A stretch of 64,000 bases of DNA, taken from positions 11,699 through 75,698 of the forward strand of contig JBBREC010000001.1 in assembly GCA_038203295.1 (NCBI GenBank), given 5' to 3'. Of the stretch, positions 19,699 through 28,229 are shown one piece after another (position 1 is the first letter of the stretch; the number at the start of each line of letters is the position of its first letter). The position numbers and the translations under genes are program-made. The notes under the pieces were generated by a model. That model was not told where the DNA came from and did not search any database. It saw nothing but the letters and a program-made list of their open reading frames with translations. The stretch is from Caulobacterales bacterium (GTDB lineage: Bacteria; Pseudomonadota; Alphaproteobacteria; Caulobacterales; Caulobacteraceae).

Positions 19699-20982
19699 AT
19701 GCCGTCCGCTGACACTGCGTCCTTCCTGAGCCGGCCGGAATGGCCGCTGCTCGTTGCGCTGGCGATCGGCTTGCTGATCGGTCTCGAGCGCGAGCGCCGC
19801 AAAGGGGAGGGGCCATCGCGCTCTCCTGCCGGCCTTCGCACCTTTGCACTCGTCAGCCTGCTCGGCGGCATCACAGCTCTGATTGGCAATACGGCCCTGG
19901 TCGCGATGGCCGGCGCCTTTGTCGCGCTGGGCGCGCTGACGGCCTATGTCATCGGCGACCGCAAGGATCCCGGATTGACGGGGGAGGTCGCGCTCGTGGC
20001 CACCTTTGCCCTGGGCGTTCTAGCTCAGACCCGACCGGCCCTGGCCTTCGAGAGCGCCGTCGTGATCGCCGCTCTGCTGGCCTTTCGGGTGCAGTTACAT
20101 GCCTTCGTCCGCAAACGGATCACGGACCAGGAACTGCTCGACGCGCTCACCTTCGCGATCGCGGCGGTTGTCATTCTACCACTTCTGCCCAACCGCGCCG
20201 TCGATCCCTTCGGGCTGCTGAACCCATTCACACTCTGGCGCCTGGCGGTCGTGGCGATGGCGCTCAGCTTCATGGGCTATGTCGCCCAGCGACTGCTCGG
20301 CGGACGCAACGGATTGCTGGTGGCCGGGCTGGCTGCGGGGCTGGTCTCGAGCACGGCGGCCGTCGCGGCCATGGGCGCGCGATCCAAAGCCCATCCGGAG
20401 CTGGCCGCGGCGAGCGCATCCGGCGCGGTCGCCTCGATGATCGGAAGCCTGGGCTACCTCGCGGCCATCATCGGCGCGGTCAGTCCGAAACTCGTCTGGA
20501 CCCTGGCGATCCCCCTAACGTCCGCGGCCGTCCTGATGCTTGCCTATGCCGTCTGGTTGGTGCGCCGCACACCCAGGGCCACAGCAAAATCGGAAACCAT
20601 CGGCAGGGCCTTCAACCCCGTGGCCGTGCTGACCTTCGTCGGCCTCGTTGGCAGCTTCAGCATTGCGTCCGAACTGCTGATCCGGTGGCTTGGCTCTACG
20701 GGCGCGATGGCTGGCGCCGCCGTAATGGGCCTTGCCGACGCGCACGCCGCCTCGGTGTCGATGGCGACCCTCACAGAAGGCGGCAGACTGGCCGTGCAGG
20801 CCGCCGCTATCGGCGTTATCCTGACCCTGAGCACCAACATGGCGGTGAAGATTCCGACGGCGTTTGCGACTGGGAGCAGGGCCTACGCGCGCCTGGTCTC
20901 TTTCGGGGTCGCCATCCTCCTCATTGGGCTCTGGCTTGGGGCCTGGGCCGTCGTCTACGCAAACCCGGGGATGTTCCCATGA
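19699..20982 (+). CDS. MgtC/SapB family membrane protein with DUF4010-like extension
   Basis: LLVALAIGLLIGLERERRKGEG....AGLRTFALVSLLGG is the MgtC signature, followed by a long polytopic C-terminal part. The start is taken at ATG 19699. Confidence 0.8.
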   Translation: MPSADTASFLSRPEWPLLVALAIGLLIGLERERRKGEGPSRSPAGLRTFALVSLLGGITALIGNTALVAMAGAFVALGALTAYVIGDRKDPGLTGEVALVATFALGVLAQTRPALAFESAVVIAALLAFRVQLHAFVRKRITDQELLDALTFAIAAVVILPLLPNRAVDPFGLLNPFTLWRLAVVAMALSFMGYVAQRLLGGRNGLLVAGLAAGLVSSTAAVAAMGARSKAHPELAAASASGAVASMIGSLGYLAAIIGAVSPKLVWTLAIPLTSAAVLMLAYAVWLVRRTPRATAKSETIGRAFNPVAVLTFVGLVGSFSIASELLIRWLGSTGAMAGAAVMGLADAHAASVSMATLTEGGRLAVQAAAIGVILTLSTNMAVKIPTAFATGSRAYARLVSFGVAILLIGLWLGAWAVVYANPGMFP

Positions 20983-22139
20983 CGCCTGCACCGGGCAGAC
21001 CTGTCCGGCCAAAGCGCGTAGGGCCGGCGCACGCTGAGCGCACGGCCGATGCGACGCCCAGGTCCGCCCCGCACCCCTATGTTCAGGCCGCCCTCCTGAT
21101 CATGGCCGCGCTGCTGGTCTGGAAACTCGCCGGTGTTTTGCTTCTGCTCTTCTCGGCGATCCTGCTGGCAGCCGCTCTTTCGGCGATCGCCGATGGACTT
21201 CGCAAGCTGGGACCCGTTCCCACCCAGGTCGCGGTGTTGCTCGCCGCGCTGCTGATGTTCGGCGTTCTCGCGAGCGTCATCACGCTCTTCGGCTGGCGGA
21301 TCGTCGCGCAATTCGAGGAGATCATGGGCAAGGCTCGCGAAAGCCTGCAGGCGCTGATGACCTATACCCGCGCGCAACCCTGGGGCGACGCCCTGCTGAA
21401 GCAGGCCAACGGCGCGCGTATCACGGATGCGACCGATACGCTGGCGCCGATCCTCGGAAGTGTCGTTGGTGGCGCAGCGCGCTACCTGACCTATGGCGCT
21501 ATCGTTCTGGTCTGCGGGATATTCCTGGCGCTGAATCCCACGCGATATCGTGATGGCGCCTTGATACTGGTTCCGGAATCCCACCGCGGCGAAGTCTCGG
21601 CGTTCCTCACGCAAAGCACCGACATCCTGAAGCGGTGGCTGGTCAGCCGGCTGATCGTGATGGTGGCGCTGGGCGTCCTGGTCAGCATCGGTCTCACCAT
21701 TCTGCGGATATCAGGGGCGGTGACCCTGGGCCTCACCGGCGGGCTGCTGACGTTCATTCCATTTCTGGGCGCCTTGATGGCGGCCGTGCCCGCGGTGCTG
21801 GTCGCTTTCACCATCAGCCCGTTGAAGGCCGTGCTGACCGGCCTGATGTTCTGGGGCGCGCATTTCATCGAGGGGACGTTCATCACCCCGCTCGTCCAGG
21901 ACGAGAGCGTAGACCTTCCACCTGTCCTGACGATTTTTTCGACCCTGGCCTTTACGGTCATCTTCGGCCCGTCGGGCGTCCTGCTGGCGAGCCCCCTTGT
22001 CCTGGTCATCATCACAGCGATCCGGGTCTTCTACCTGGAAGGCCATCTCGGACGTCCGCGCATCGCGGACGGACCAAATCGGCAACCTTGGCGTTGGCCA
22101 TGGGCCGGCCGGGGGAGGCCGCCCGCGAAGGAGGGCTAG
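20979..22139 (+). CDS. AI-2E family transporter (PerM-like)
   Basis: Only the distal part of the 799-aa ORF is a coherent membrane protein (..GLLTFIPFLGALMAAVPAVLVAF..FIEGTFITPLVQ..). The ATG at 20979 overlaps the MgtC stop (ATGA). Confidence 0.85.
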   Translation: MTPAPGRPVRPKRVGPAHAERTADATPRSAPHPYVQAALLIMAALLVWKLAGVLLLLFSAILLAAALSAIADGLRKLGPVPTQVAVLLAALLMFGVLASVITLFGWRIVAQFEEIMGKARESLQALMTYTRAQPWGDALLKQANGARITDATDTLAPILGSVVGGAARYLTYGAIVLVCGIFLALNPTRYRDGALILVPESHRGEVSAFLTQSTDILKRWLVSRLIVMVALGVLVSIGLTILRISGAVTLGLTGGLLTFIPFLGALMAAVPAVLVAFTISPLKAVLTGLMFWGAHFIEGTFITPLVQDESVDLPPVLTIFSTLAFTVIFGPSGVLLASPLVLVIITAIRVFYLEGHLGRPRIADGPNRQPWRWPWAGRGRPPAKEG

Positions 22140-22229
22140 GATGGAGCGCTCTGGAGCCGCGGGCCTGGCGCCCTGGCCGATATCTTGGGCAGTGACCTGC
22201 GCGATCTCTTCTGCACCGGCCGCGCCTGG

Positions 22230-23453
22230 CTAGCGATCCGCGTCGTGCGTTTCGCGCCCTGTTGAGATAATCTTCGGCAATGGGCGGCTCATTAATCCGG
22301 CTGTCCCCTCGGCGATCACCATCTGCTCGTCCGTTGGGATCACGAGCACCCTCACGGAGCTGTCGGCGTTGCTGATCTGCAGGTCGGCGGCAAGGTTTGC
22401 CACCGGATCCAACCGCACCCCCAGCCAGTCGCACAGACCGACGATGCGATGGCGTATGGACGCAGAATTTTCGCCGACGCCGGCCGTAAACACCAACGTG
22501 TCCAACCCGCCCAGCGCCGCCGTGAGCGAGCCAATTTCACGGGCGATCCGATAGACATAGACCTCAAGCGCCTGCGTCGCCCCAGGCTCGGCGCTGGCGA
22601 GCAACGTGACCATGTCGCCGCTCAGGCCGGACAACCCAAGCAGACCGGAATGATTGTAGAGCAGGTCGCTGACCTCGCCGACGGACATGCCCCGGTCCTG
22701 GATCAGATGAAGCACGACGCCAGGATCCAGCGAACCAGAGCGCGTGCTCATCGGCGGACCTTCCAAGGCGGAAAATCCCATGGTGGTGGCGATGCTGCGG
22801 CCCTGATCCAGGGCGCAAAGCGAGACACCGCTTCCCAGGTGCAGGACGATGCAGCGCCCGCCAGCCTTTGGCCCTTCCCGGGCGCGAAGTACGCCCGAGA
22901 TGTAGTCATACGACAGGCCGTGGAAGCCATAGGCGATGACGCCCTGCTCTATCAGGTCCCGGGGTAGGGCGTAGAGCCGCGCGATCTCGGGCTGCTGAGC
23001 ATGGAACGCGGTGTCGAACACGCCGACCTGCAGCGCGTCAGGCAGGCGCTGCGCGGCGATCTCGACCCCCCGCAAATTGAACGGCTGGTGTAATGGCGCC
23101 AGCGAACCGAGGTCGGCCAGACGCGCCATGACCGCTGGGGTCAGCCGCGTCGGTTCCCGGAAATCCCGACCGCCATGCACGATGCGATGCCCGACGGCGA
23201 CGACGCCGTCCGTCCAGCCGTGTTCTGCAAGCCAGGTGAAGACCCGCGGCAGGGCGGCCTCCAGTCCGGCGGTTTCGGGCCAGGCTTCGTCGACCGGGGT
23301 CTGCCCGTTCGCGATGGCGCGGATCCGCGCCGGACCGCCAATCCCAGAGACCTGTCCCGAGAGGAGCAGGGCAAGATCCTTTGTGAACTCATAGACGCCA
23401 AACTTCAGACTGGAAGAGCCGGCGTTGAGCGTCAGCAGGCGCAGCGGGCTCAT
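22230..23453 (-). CDS. ackA: acetate kinase
   Basis: LLTLNAGSSSLKFGVYEF N-terminus, HRIVHGG, and the VFTAGVGENS region. Length 407 aa. Confidence 0.93.
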   Translation of the reverse strand: MSPLRLLTLNAGSSSLKFGVYEFTKDLALLLSGQVSGIGGPARIRAIANGQTPVDEAWPETAGLEAALPRVFTWLAEHGWTDGVVAVGHRIVHGGRDFREPTRLTPAVMARLADLGSLAPLHQPFNLRGVEIAAQRLPDALQVGVFDTAFHAQQPEIARLYALPRDLIEQGVIAYGFHGLSYDYISGVLRAREGPKAGGRCIVLHLGSGVSLCALDQGRSIATTMGFSALEGPPMSTRSGSLDPGVVLHLIQDRGMSVGEVSDLLYNHSGLLGLSGLSGDMVTLLASAEPGATQALEVYVYRIAREIGSLTAALGGLDTLVFTAGVGENSASIRHRIVGLCDWLGVRLDPVANLAADLQISNADSSVRVLVIPTDEQMVIAEGTAGLMSRPLPKIISTGRETHDADR

Positions 23454-24418
23454 CGCACGTATTTGCTCGGCGCATGCTGTCGCACAAGGATCGCAAGGGC
23501 ACAGGAGGCCAGGCGGGACGCCTCCGGGTCAGAGCGGCTCGTAAGAATAATGGGAACCCTGGCGCCCATCACGATCCCCGCGGACTGGGCGTGCGACATG
23601 TAGAAGAGCTGTTTGGCGAGTATGTTGCCCGACTCGATGTCCGGGACGATGAGGATGTCGGCCCGCCCAGCCACCTCCGAGACAATGCCTTTGGCGGTCG
23701 CGGATTCCGCGGAGATGGCGTTGTCGAACGCCAACGGACCGTCCAGAAGGCCACCGACAATCTGGCCCCGCTCGGCCATCTTGCATAGCGCAGCAGCGTC
23801 GATCGTCGAGACCATGTTTGGATTGACGGTCTCGATCGCGGACAGGATCGCGACCTTCGGCTCAGCGATGTCCATCGCCAGGGCGCAGTCGATGGCATTT
23901 TGGACGATGTCGCGCTTGGTGGTCAAGTCCGGCGCGATGTTCAGCGCTGCGTCACTGACCAATAGCGGCCTGGGATGGCCCGGCACGTCGAGGACGAAGA
24001 CATGGCTCATGCGTCGTTCTGTCCGCAATCCGGAGCCTTCGGCCACCACGGCCTCCAGGAGCTCGTCGCTATGCAGCGCGCCCTTCATGATCGCCTGCGC
24101 CTCGCCGCGCGCCGCCAGCTCGCAGGCCTTCGCGGCCGCTTCGTGACTGTGCGCCACATCGATCAGTCGGTAGGGCGTGATGTCCAGTCCGGCGGCCAGG
24201 GCCGCCGCTTCGACACGCGCTTTCGGACCGATCAGGATGGGCAGAATGAGCCGCTGCAACGCCGCAGCGACGGCCCCGGACAATGACAGGGCGTCGACCG
24301 GATGAACGACCGCCGTCTTCAGGGGCTGCGGCGACTCAGCCATCCGCATCAGCCGCAGGAGTTGAGAACCCATTGGCGATGTCGGCGACGCGGCGCTCTC
24401 GGACGGAAACGTTGCCAT
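23450..24418 (-). CDS. pta: phosphate acetyl/butyryl transferase (PTA_PTB family)
   Basis: 322-aa single-domain PTA_PTB protein (..AIMKGALHSDELL.., ..ILIVPDIESGNILAKQL..). The stop overlaps the ackA start, and GGAG lies 8 nt upstream of the ATG. Confidence 0.85.
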   Translation of the reverse strand: MATFPSESAASPTSPMGSQLLRLMRMAESPQPLKTAVVHPVDALSLSGAVAAALQRLILPILIGPKARVEAAALAAGLDITPYRLIDVAHSHEAAAKACELAARGEAQAIMKGALHSDELLEAVVAEGSGLRTERRMSHVFVLDVPGHPRPLLVSDAALNIAPDLTTKRDIVQNAIDCALAMDIAEPKVAILSAIETVNPNMVSTIDAAALCKMAERGQIVGGLLDGPLAFDNAISAESATAKGIVSEVAGRADILIVPDIESGNILAKQLFYMSHAQSAGIVMGARVPIILTSRSDPEASRLASCALAILVRQHAPSKYVR

Positions 24419-24438
24419 TGGACTCCTTCGGCCCGGCT

Positions 24439-24575
24439 TTACGGCGTGATGGCGACCTTCAGGACCCGGTCCGGCTGGTGGGCAAACAGATCGTAGGCTT
24501 CCTCGATATCATCGAGATTGAACGGGTGTGTGAACATTGCTTCGAGATCGACGCGGCCCGGCTCAACGAACGTGC
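24439..24575 (-). pseudogene. C-terminal relic (about 45 codons) of a zinc-type alcohol dehydrogenase
   Basis: Minus-strand translation VEPGRVDLEAMFTHPFNLDDIEEAYDLFAHQPDRVLKVAITP* matches the conserved MDR/Zn-ADH C-terminus. It runs upstream, out of frame, into the acyl-CoA dehydrogenase stop codon at 24581. Confidence 0.55.
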
Positions 24576-24580
24576 AGCCC

Positions 24581-25759
24581 TCAGGTCTTCAAGACGTGCT
24601 TGGCAATGATGTTGCGCTGAATCTCGTCGGAACCACCCGCGATGCTGGCGGCCCGGCCTTCGAAATAACGGGCGACTTCAGGGCGCGCCCAGGACGGCCC
24701 GATGTCCGGCGCATTGGAACCGGCGATCTCGGGGAACCAGGGCGCGGCGTAGGGTCCTGCGCATTCAACGAAGAACTCGGTCATGCGCTGGACGATGTCC
24801 GTACCCTTGAGTTTCAGCATCGAGGACTGGTCGCCCGGCGCGCCGCCTGCGGCCACTTCGGACAGGGTCCGAAGCTCCGTCATCGCCAGTGCCTGGAGTT
24901 CGATGTCCGCCAACGCCAGCCGGCTGGCGAAGCCCGGGTCTTCCAGAAGCGTGCCGCCTCTTGATCCCGGCAGGGTCGCCGCCGCCTCGCGAATACGGCG
25001 CAGGAGGTCGGTGGACAACGAAACGAAAGCCTGGCCGGTCCGCTCGTGCGTGAGCAGCCCCTTGGCGACTGTCCAACCCTCGCCTTCGCGGCCCACACGG
25101 TGCTCGACGGGGACGCGCACGCCGTCAAACGTCACGCCGTTGAACATGTGACGACCGTCGATCGAGATGATCGGCCGCACAGTCACGCCTGGCGCGTGCA
25201 TGTCCAGCAGCAGGAAGGTGATCCCGGCCTGGCGCTTGGGCTCGTCCGACGTGCGGGTCAGGCAGAACATCCAGTCGGCCCGGTGGGCGCCGCTCGTCCA
25301 CACTTTTTCGCCGTCGACGACGTAGTCGCCGCCGTCCAGCACCGCGCGGGTGCGCAGGGAGGCGAGGTCCGAGCCTGCGCCCGGCTCGGAGTAGCCCTGA
25401 CACCAACGCACGCGGTCGTGGAGGATGTCGGGCAGGAAGCGGGCCTGCTGCTCCGGAGAGCCGTAGGCGAACAGGATCGGGGCGAGCATACCAATGCCCA
25501 TGCCGCCCACCAGGGGCGGCAGACCGGCCGCGGTGACCTCGCGTTCCCAGATGAAATTTTGCGTGGGGGTCCAGCCCGGACCGCCGAATGCGACGGGCCA
25601 CTTGTTGACCGCCCACCCTTTTCCGATGAGCGCCTTGTGCCAGCGGCGTTCGTGCTCCGGTCCGCCGTCGTATTGCAGCGGTGGGGGAAAGGACGCGGCG
25701 ATCAGGTCGCGGACCTCATTTCGAAACAGGATCTCGGAATCTGAGAGGCTGAGGTCCAT
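24581..25759 (-). CDS. acyl-CoA dehydrogenase
   Basis: 392 aa from MDLSLSDSEILFRNEVRD, with WCQGYSEPGAGSD, the GEKVWTSGA region and a C-terminal IAGGSDEIQRNIIAKHVL. The upstream extension to 26200 is non-homologous. Confidence 0.92.
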   Translation of the reverse strand: MDLSLSDSEILFRNEVRDLIAASFPPPLQYDGGPEHERRWHKALIGKGWAVNKWPVAFGGPGWTPTQNFIWEREVTAAGLPPLVGGMGIGMLAPILFAYGSPEQQARFLPDILHDRVRWCQGYSEPGAGSDLASLRTRAVLDGGDYVVDGEKVWTSGAHRADWMFCLTRTSDEPKRQAGITFLLLDMHAPGVTVRPIISIDGRHMFNGVTFDGVRVPVEHRVGREGEGWTVAKGLLTHERTGQAFVSLSTDLLRRIREAAATLPGSRGGTLLEDPGFASRLALADIELQALAMTELRTLSEVAAGGAPGDQSSMLKLKGTDIVQRMTEFFVECAGPYAAPWFPEIAGSNAPDIGPSWARPEVARYFEGRAASIAGGSDEIQRNIIAKHVLKT

Positions 25760-25777
25760 GGACAGGCGACCGCGTTG

Positions 25778-25798
25778 TATTATACGTTTCGTCAATAA
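25778..25798 (-). promoter_or_regulatory. AT-rich promoter/operator motif, copy C (TTATTGACG-aaacg-TATAATA)
   Basis: Read on the minus strand, with the -10-like TATAAT 19 nt upstream of the acyl-CoA dehydrogenase ATG. Same architecture as copies at 35707-35729 and 37354-37376. Confidence 0.4.
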
Positions 25799-25832
25799 GA
25801 ACGTCCGAGCGCATCGGTCAAGGGAGGATGAG

Positions 25833-26714
25833 TTGGCGACAGTCGCTTTTACCGCCGTCGAACAGGACGGCGTGCTCGCGGGTCCCGTCCGCCATCCTGT
25901 CAACTTCTCGCGTGACGCGGTGGGCTCGATCCACGACGACAAGACTGCCCAGACCCTCGGCTTTCGGGGCGGGACGGTGGCCGGAAACATCCACTTTGAG
26001 CAGTTCCCGCCGCTGATGCTCGCGCGGTTCGGCCAGGGCTGGCGGAAGCGGGGCGGCCTGTCGTTGTATTTCATCAACGCGACCACGGACGGAGAGCCCG
26101 TGCAGGCTTTCGTCGGGCCTGCCGAAGAGGTGGCCCCGGGCGTGCGCCGCGCGGCGGCCTGGATGGAAACACCGGAGGGCCTGCGCGTCAGCGAAGGCAC
26201 GGCCTGGGCCGGCGGCGAAGATCCCGGATCGGCCCTGCGGCTTCGCGTGGCTCAGCAGCGTCCGGCGACGGACCTGCGCATCCTGACGGCCTCAAAGACT
26301 GGCGACGCCGTGACGGACGTTCCGAGCCGCCTGGACGGCCCGACAGCGCTCCGCCGCCTCGAGGGCGTCACGGAACCGCTACCCGAGTATCTCGATGCCG
26401 CCCTGTTCGGCGGACAGGTCGCCGCGCCGGCAATCGCGATCGACGCCCTGCGCGCGGTGGAGGAGCCGCTGTTCCGGGCGGGCAAGGACTTCGTCGGGAT
26501 GTTCGGCGCCATAGAGCTGGAGTTCCTGGACGGTCCCGTCTTCGTGGATCGCGACTACTTGGCCGACGGCCGTATCCTTGCCCTCGGCGAGTCCCCAAAG
26601 ACCGAGGTGGCCTGGTACGAGAGCACGCTGCGCGAGGCGAAGGACGGCCGTCCCGTGGCGCGGCTTGTGATGATGACTCGTCTGCTGAAGGCGTCCTCTG
26701 CCCTGTGGGCCTAG
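25833..26714 (+). CDS. hypothetical protein, possibly double hotdog (MaoC-like) fold
   Basis: Start proposed at TTG 25833 (GGGAGGA 5 nt upstream). Weak hotdog-like features (IHDDKTAQTLGFRGGTVAGNIH; GAIELEFLDGPVFVDRDY). Divergent from the acyl-CoA dehydrogenase. Confidence 0.45.
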   Translation: MATVAFTAVEQDGVLAGPVRHPVNFSRDAVGSIHDDKTAQTLGFRGGTVAGNIHFEQFPPLMLARFGQGWRKRGGLSLYFINATTDGEPVQAFVGPAEEVAPGVRRAAAWMETPEGLRVSEGTAWAGGEDPGSALRLRVAQQRPATDLRILTASKTGDAVTDVPSRLDGPTALRRLEGVTEPLPEYLDAALFGGQVAAPAIAIDALRAVEEPLFRAGKDFVGMFGAIELEFLDGPVFVDRDYLADGRILALGESPKTEVAWYESTLREAKDGRPVARLVMMTRLLKASSALWA

Positions 26715-26774
26715 GCGCGTTGGCGGACAGAGCCGGGCGCCCCTAGACTGGCGAAAACGGGGCGAGGGCGGGCG

Positions 26775-28229
26775 ATGACATCCAACACCGTGCAGTGGGG
26801 CGTCTTCGCAGGACTCACCCTGCTGATGGGACTGGCCACCTGGTGGCAGGTGCGGCGGATGGGCGGCCGCTCAACCGACAGCAACAGCGAGTACTTCCTG
26901 GCCGGACGGAACCTGTCCTGGCCGTTCGTGGCCGGCTCCATCACCCTGACCAACCTGTCCACCGACCAGCTCGTCGGCATGAACGGCAACCAGATGCTGC
27001 TGCTCGCGTGGTGGGAACTGGCGGCGATCGCGGGCCTGGTGATGCTCGCCCTGGTCTTCCTCCCGATCTACTACCGCAATAACTGCACGACCACGACCGA
27101 GCTGCTGGAGCGAAAGTACGGTTCCAAGGGCCTGCGGGCGACAGTGTCGATCCTGTTCCTGCTGGGCAATGTGTTCATCTACCTGCCAATCATGGCCTAC
27201 ACGGGGGCCCTGTTCCTGAAGACCATGTTCGAGACCGGTCCGCCGCTGATCGTCATGGCGGGCGGCATCGCCGCTGTGGGTGCGGCCTACACCATCCTTG
27301 GCGGTCTCCGGGCCGTGGCGGTCTATGACACCCTGTCGGGCGTCGGCGTGCTGGGCATGGCGGCGGCGGTGACCATTCTGGCGATGGCGGCCATCGGCTT
27401 CGACTTCTCCGGCATTCCTGCGGAGCGGCTGAGCATGGTGGGCGGTCCCGACAGCCCGATCCCGTGGCCGACCCTGCTGACAGGGATGATCTTCATCCAG
27501 ATGTTCTACTGGTCGACCAACCAGACGATAACCCAGCGCGCCATGGCCTCGCCCAGCCTCGAGGAAGGCCAGAAGGGGGTGTTCGCCGCGGTGGCGATCC
27601 GCATCCTGTTCGTGCCGGCCATTGTCGTGATCCCGGGCGTCTGTGCCTACAAGCTGTTCGGCGACCTCGGCGACGCGACGTATGGCCGGGTAGTTGCCGC
27701 GGTGATGCCCGCCTGGCTGTCGGGCGCCTTCGCCGCCTTCATGGCGGCGGCCGTCCTGACCAGCTACACCTCGGTGCTGAACTCCTCGGTGACGCTCTAT
27801 GTGTGCGACCTGCACGAGCCCTACATCGCGCCGAAGCCCAATGTGAAGCGGCTGAACACCATCATCTCGCTGGCGTTCATGGCGCTGTCGATCGCCCTGG
27901 TCCCGGTCTATTCGGGCGCCGCCTCGATCATCAATCTTGTCCAACAGCTCAACGGCCTGCTCTCCATGCCGATCCTGTCGGCCTTCATCCTGGGGCTGGC
28001 CTTCCGCAATGTCGACGCGCGGGCGGCGATGACGGCGGTGGTGTTCGGGGTGGCTCTCTATGCCGTCTTCACATTCGTCTGGACCCCGATCCACTACATC
28101 CACCTGATGCTGGTCACGCTGATCATGTGCCTGGGCGTGGGGCTGGCCGTGAACCGCTGGGTGTTCGGCCGCAGGGCGTCGCTGGGGCTGGCGTTCGGCG
28201 GTCCGCGCACCGGGACGGTGATTCCCTAG
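26775..28229 (+). CDS. solute:sodium symporter (SSS/SGLT-type) family transporter
   Basis: EYFLAGRNLSWPFVAGSITLTNLSTDQLVG N-terminal signature and 13-14 TM-like segments. Confidence 0.9.
   Translation: MTSNTVQWGVFAGLTLLMGLATWWQVRRMGGRSTDSNSEYFLAGRNLSWPFVAGSITLTNLSTDQLVGMNGNQMLLLAWWELAAIAGLVMLALVFLPIYYRNNCTTTTELLERKYGSKGLRATVSILFLLGNVFIYLPIMAYTGALFLKTMFETGPPLIVMAGGIAAVGAAYTILGGLRAVAVYDTLSGVGVLGMAAAVTILAMAAIGFDFSGIPAERLSMVGGPDSPIPWPTLLTGMIFIQMFYWSTNQTITQRAMASPSLEEGQKGVFAAVAIRILFVPAIVVIPGVCAYKLFGDLGDATYGRVVAAVMPAWLSGAFAAFMAAAVLTSYTSVLNSSVTLYVCDLHEPYIAPKPNVKRLNTIISLAFMALSIALVPVYSGAASIINLVQQLNGLLSMPILSAFILGLAFRNVDARAAMTAVVFGVALYAVFTFVWTPIHYIHLMLVTLIMCLGVGLAVNRWVFGRRASLGLAFGGPRTGTVIP

Noticed and set aside
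19740-20978. First 413 codons of the 799-aa ORF 19740-22139
   Set aside because: This part overlaps the MgtC-DUF4010 gene out of frame and is Arg/Gly-rich nonsense. Only the part from ATG 20979 (ATGA overlap with the MgtC stop) is a coherent AI-2E-family membrane protein.
24419-24600. FNR/FixK box upstream of pta-ackA
   Set aside because: I scanned both strands of the spacer for TTGA-N6-TCAA allowing one mismatch and found none. Any link between pta-ackA and the putative low-oxygen regulon rests on gene content only.
25760-26200. N-terminal extension of the acyl-CoA dehydrogenase ORF to 26200
   Set aside because: The ACAD homology starts at MDLSLSDSEILF (ATG 25759). The extension is Ser/Pro/Thr-rich, overlaps the divergent hotdog-like gene, and would bury the AT-rich promoter motif inside coding sequence.
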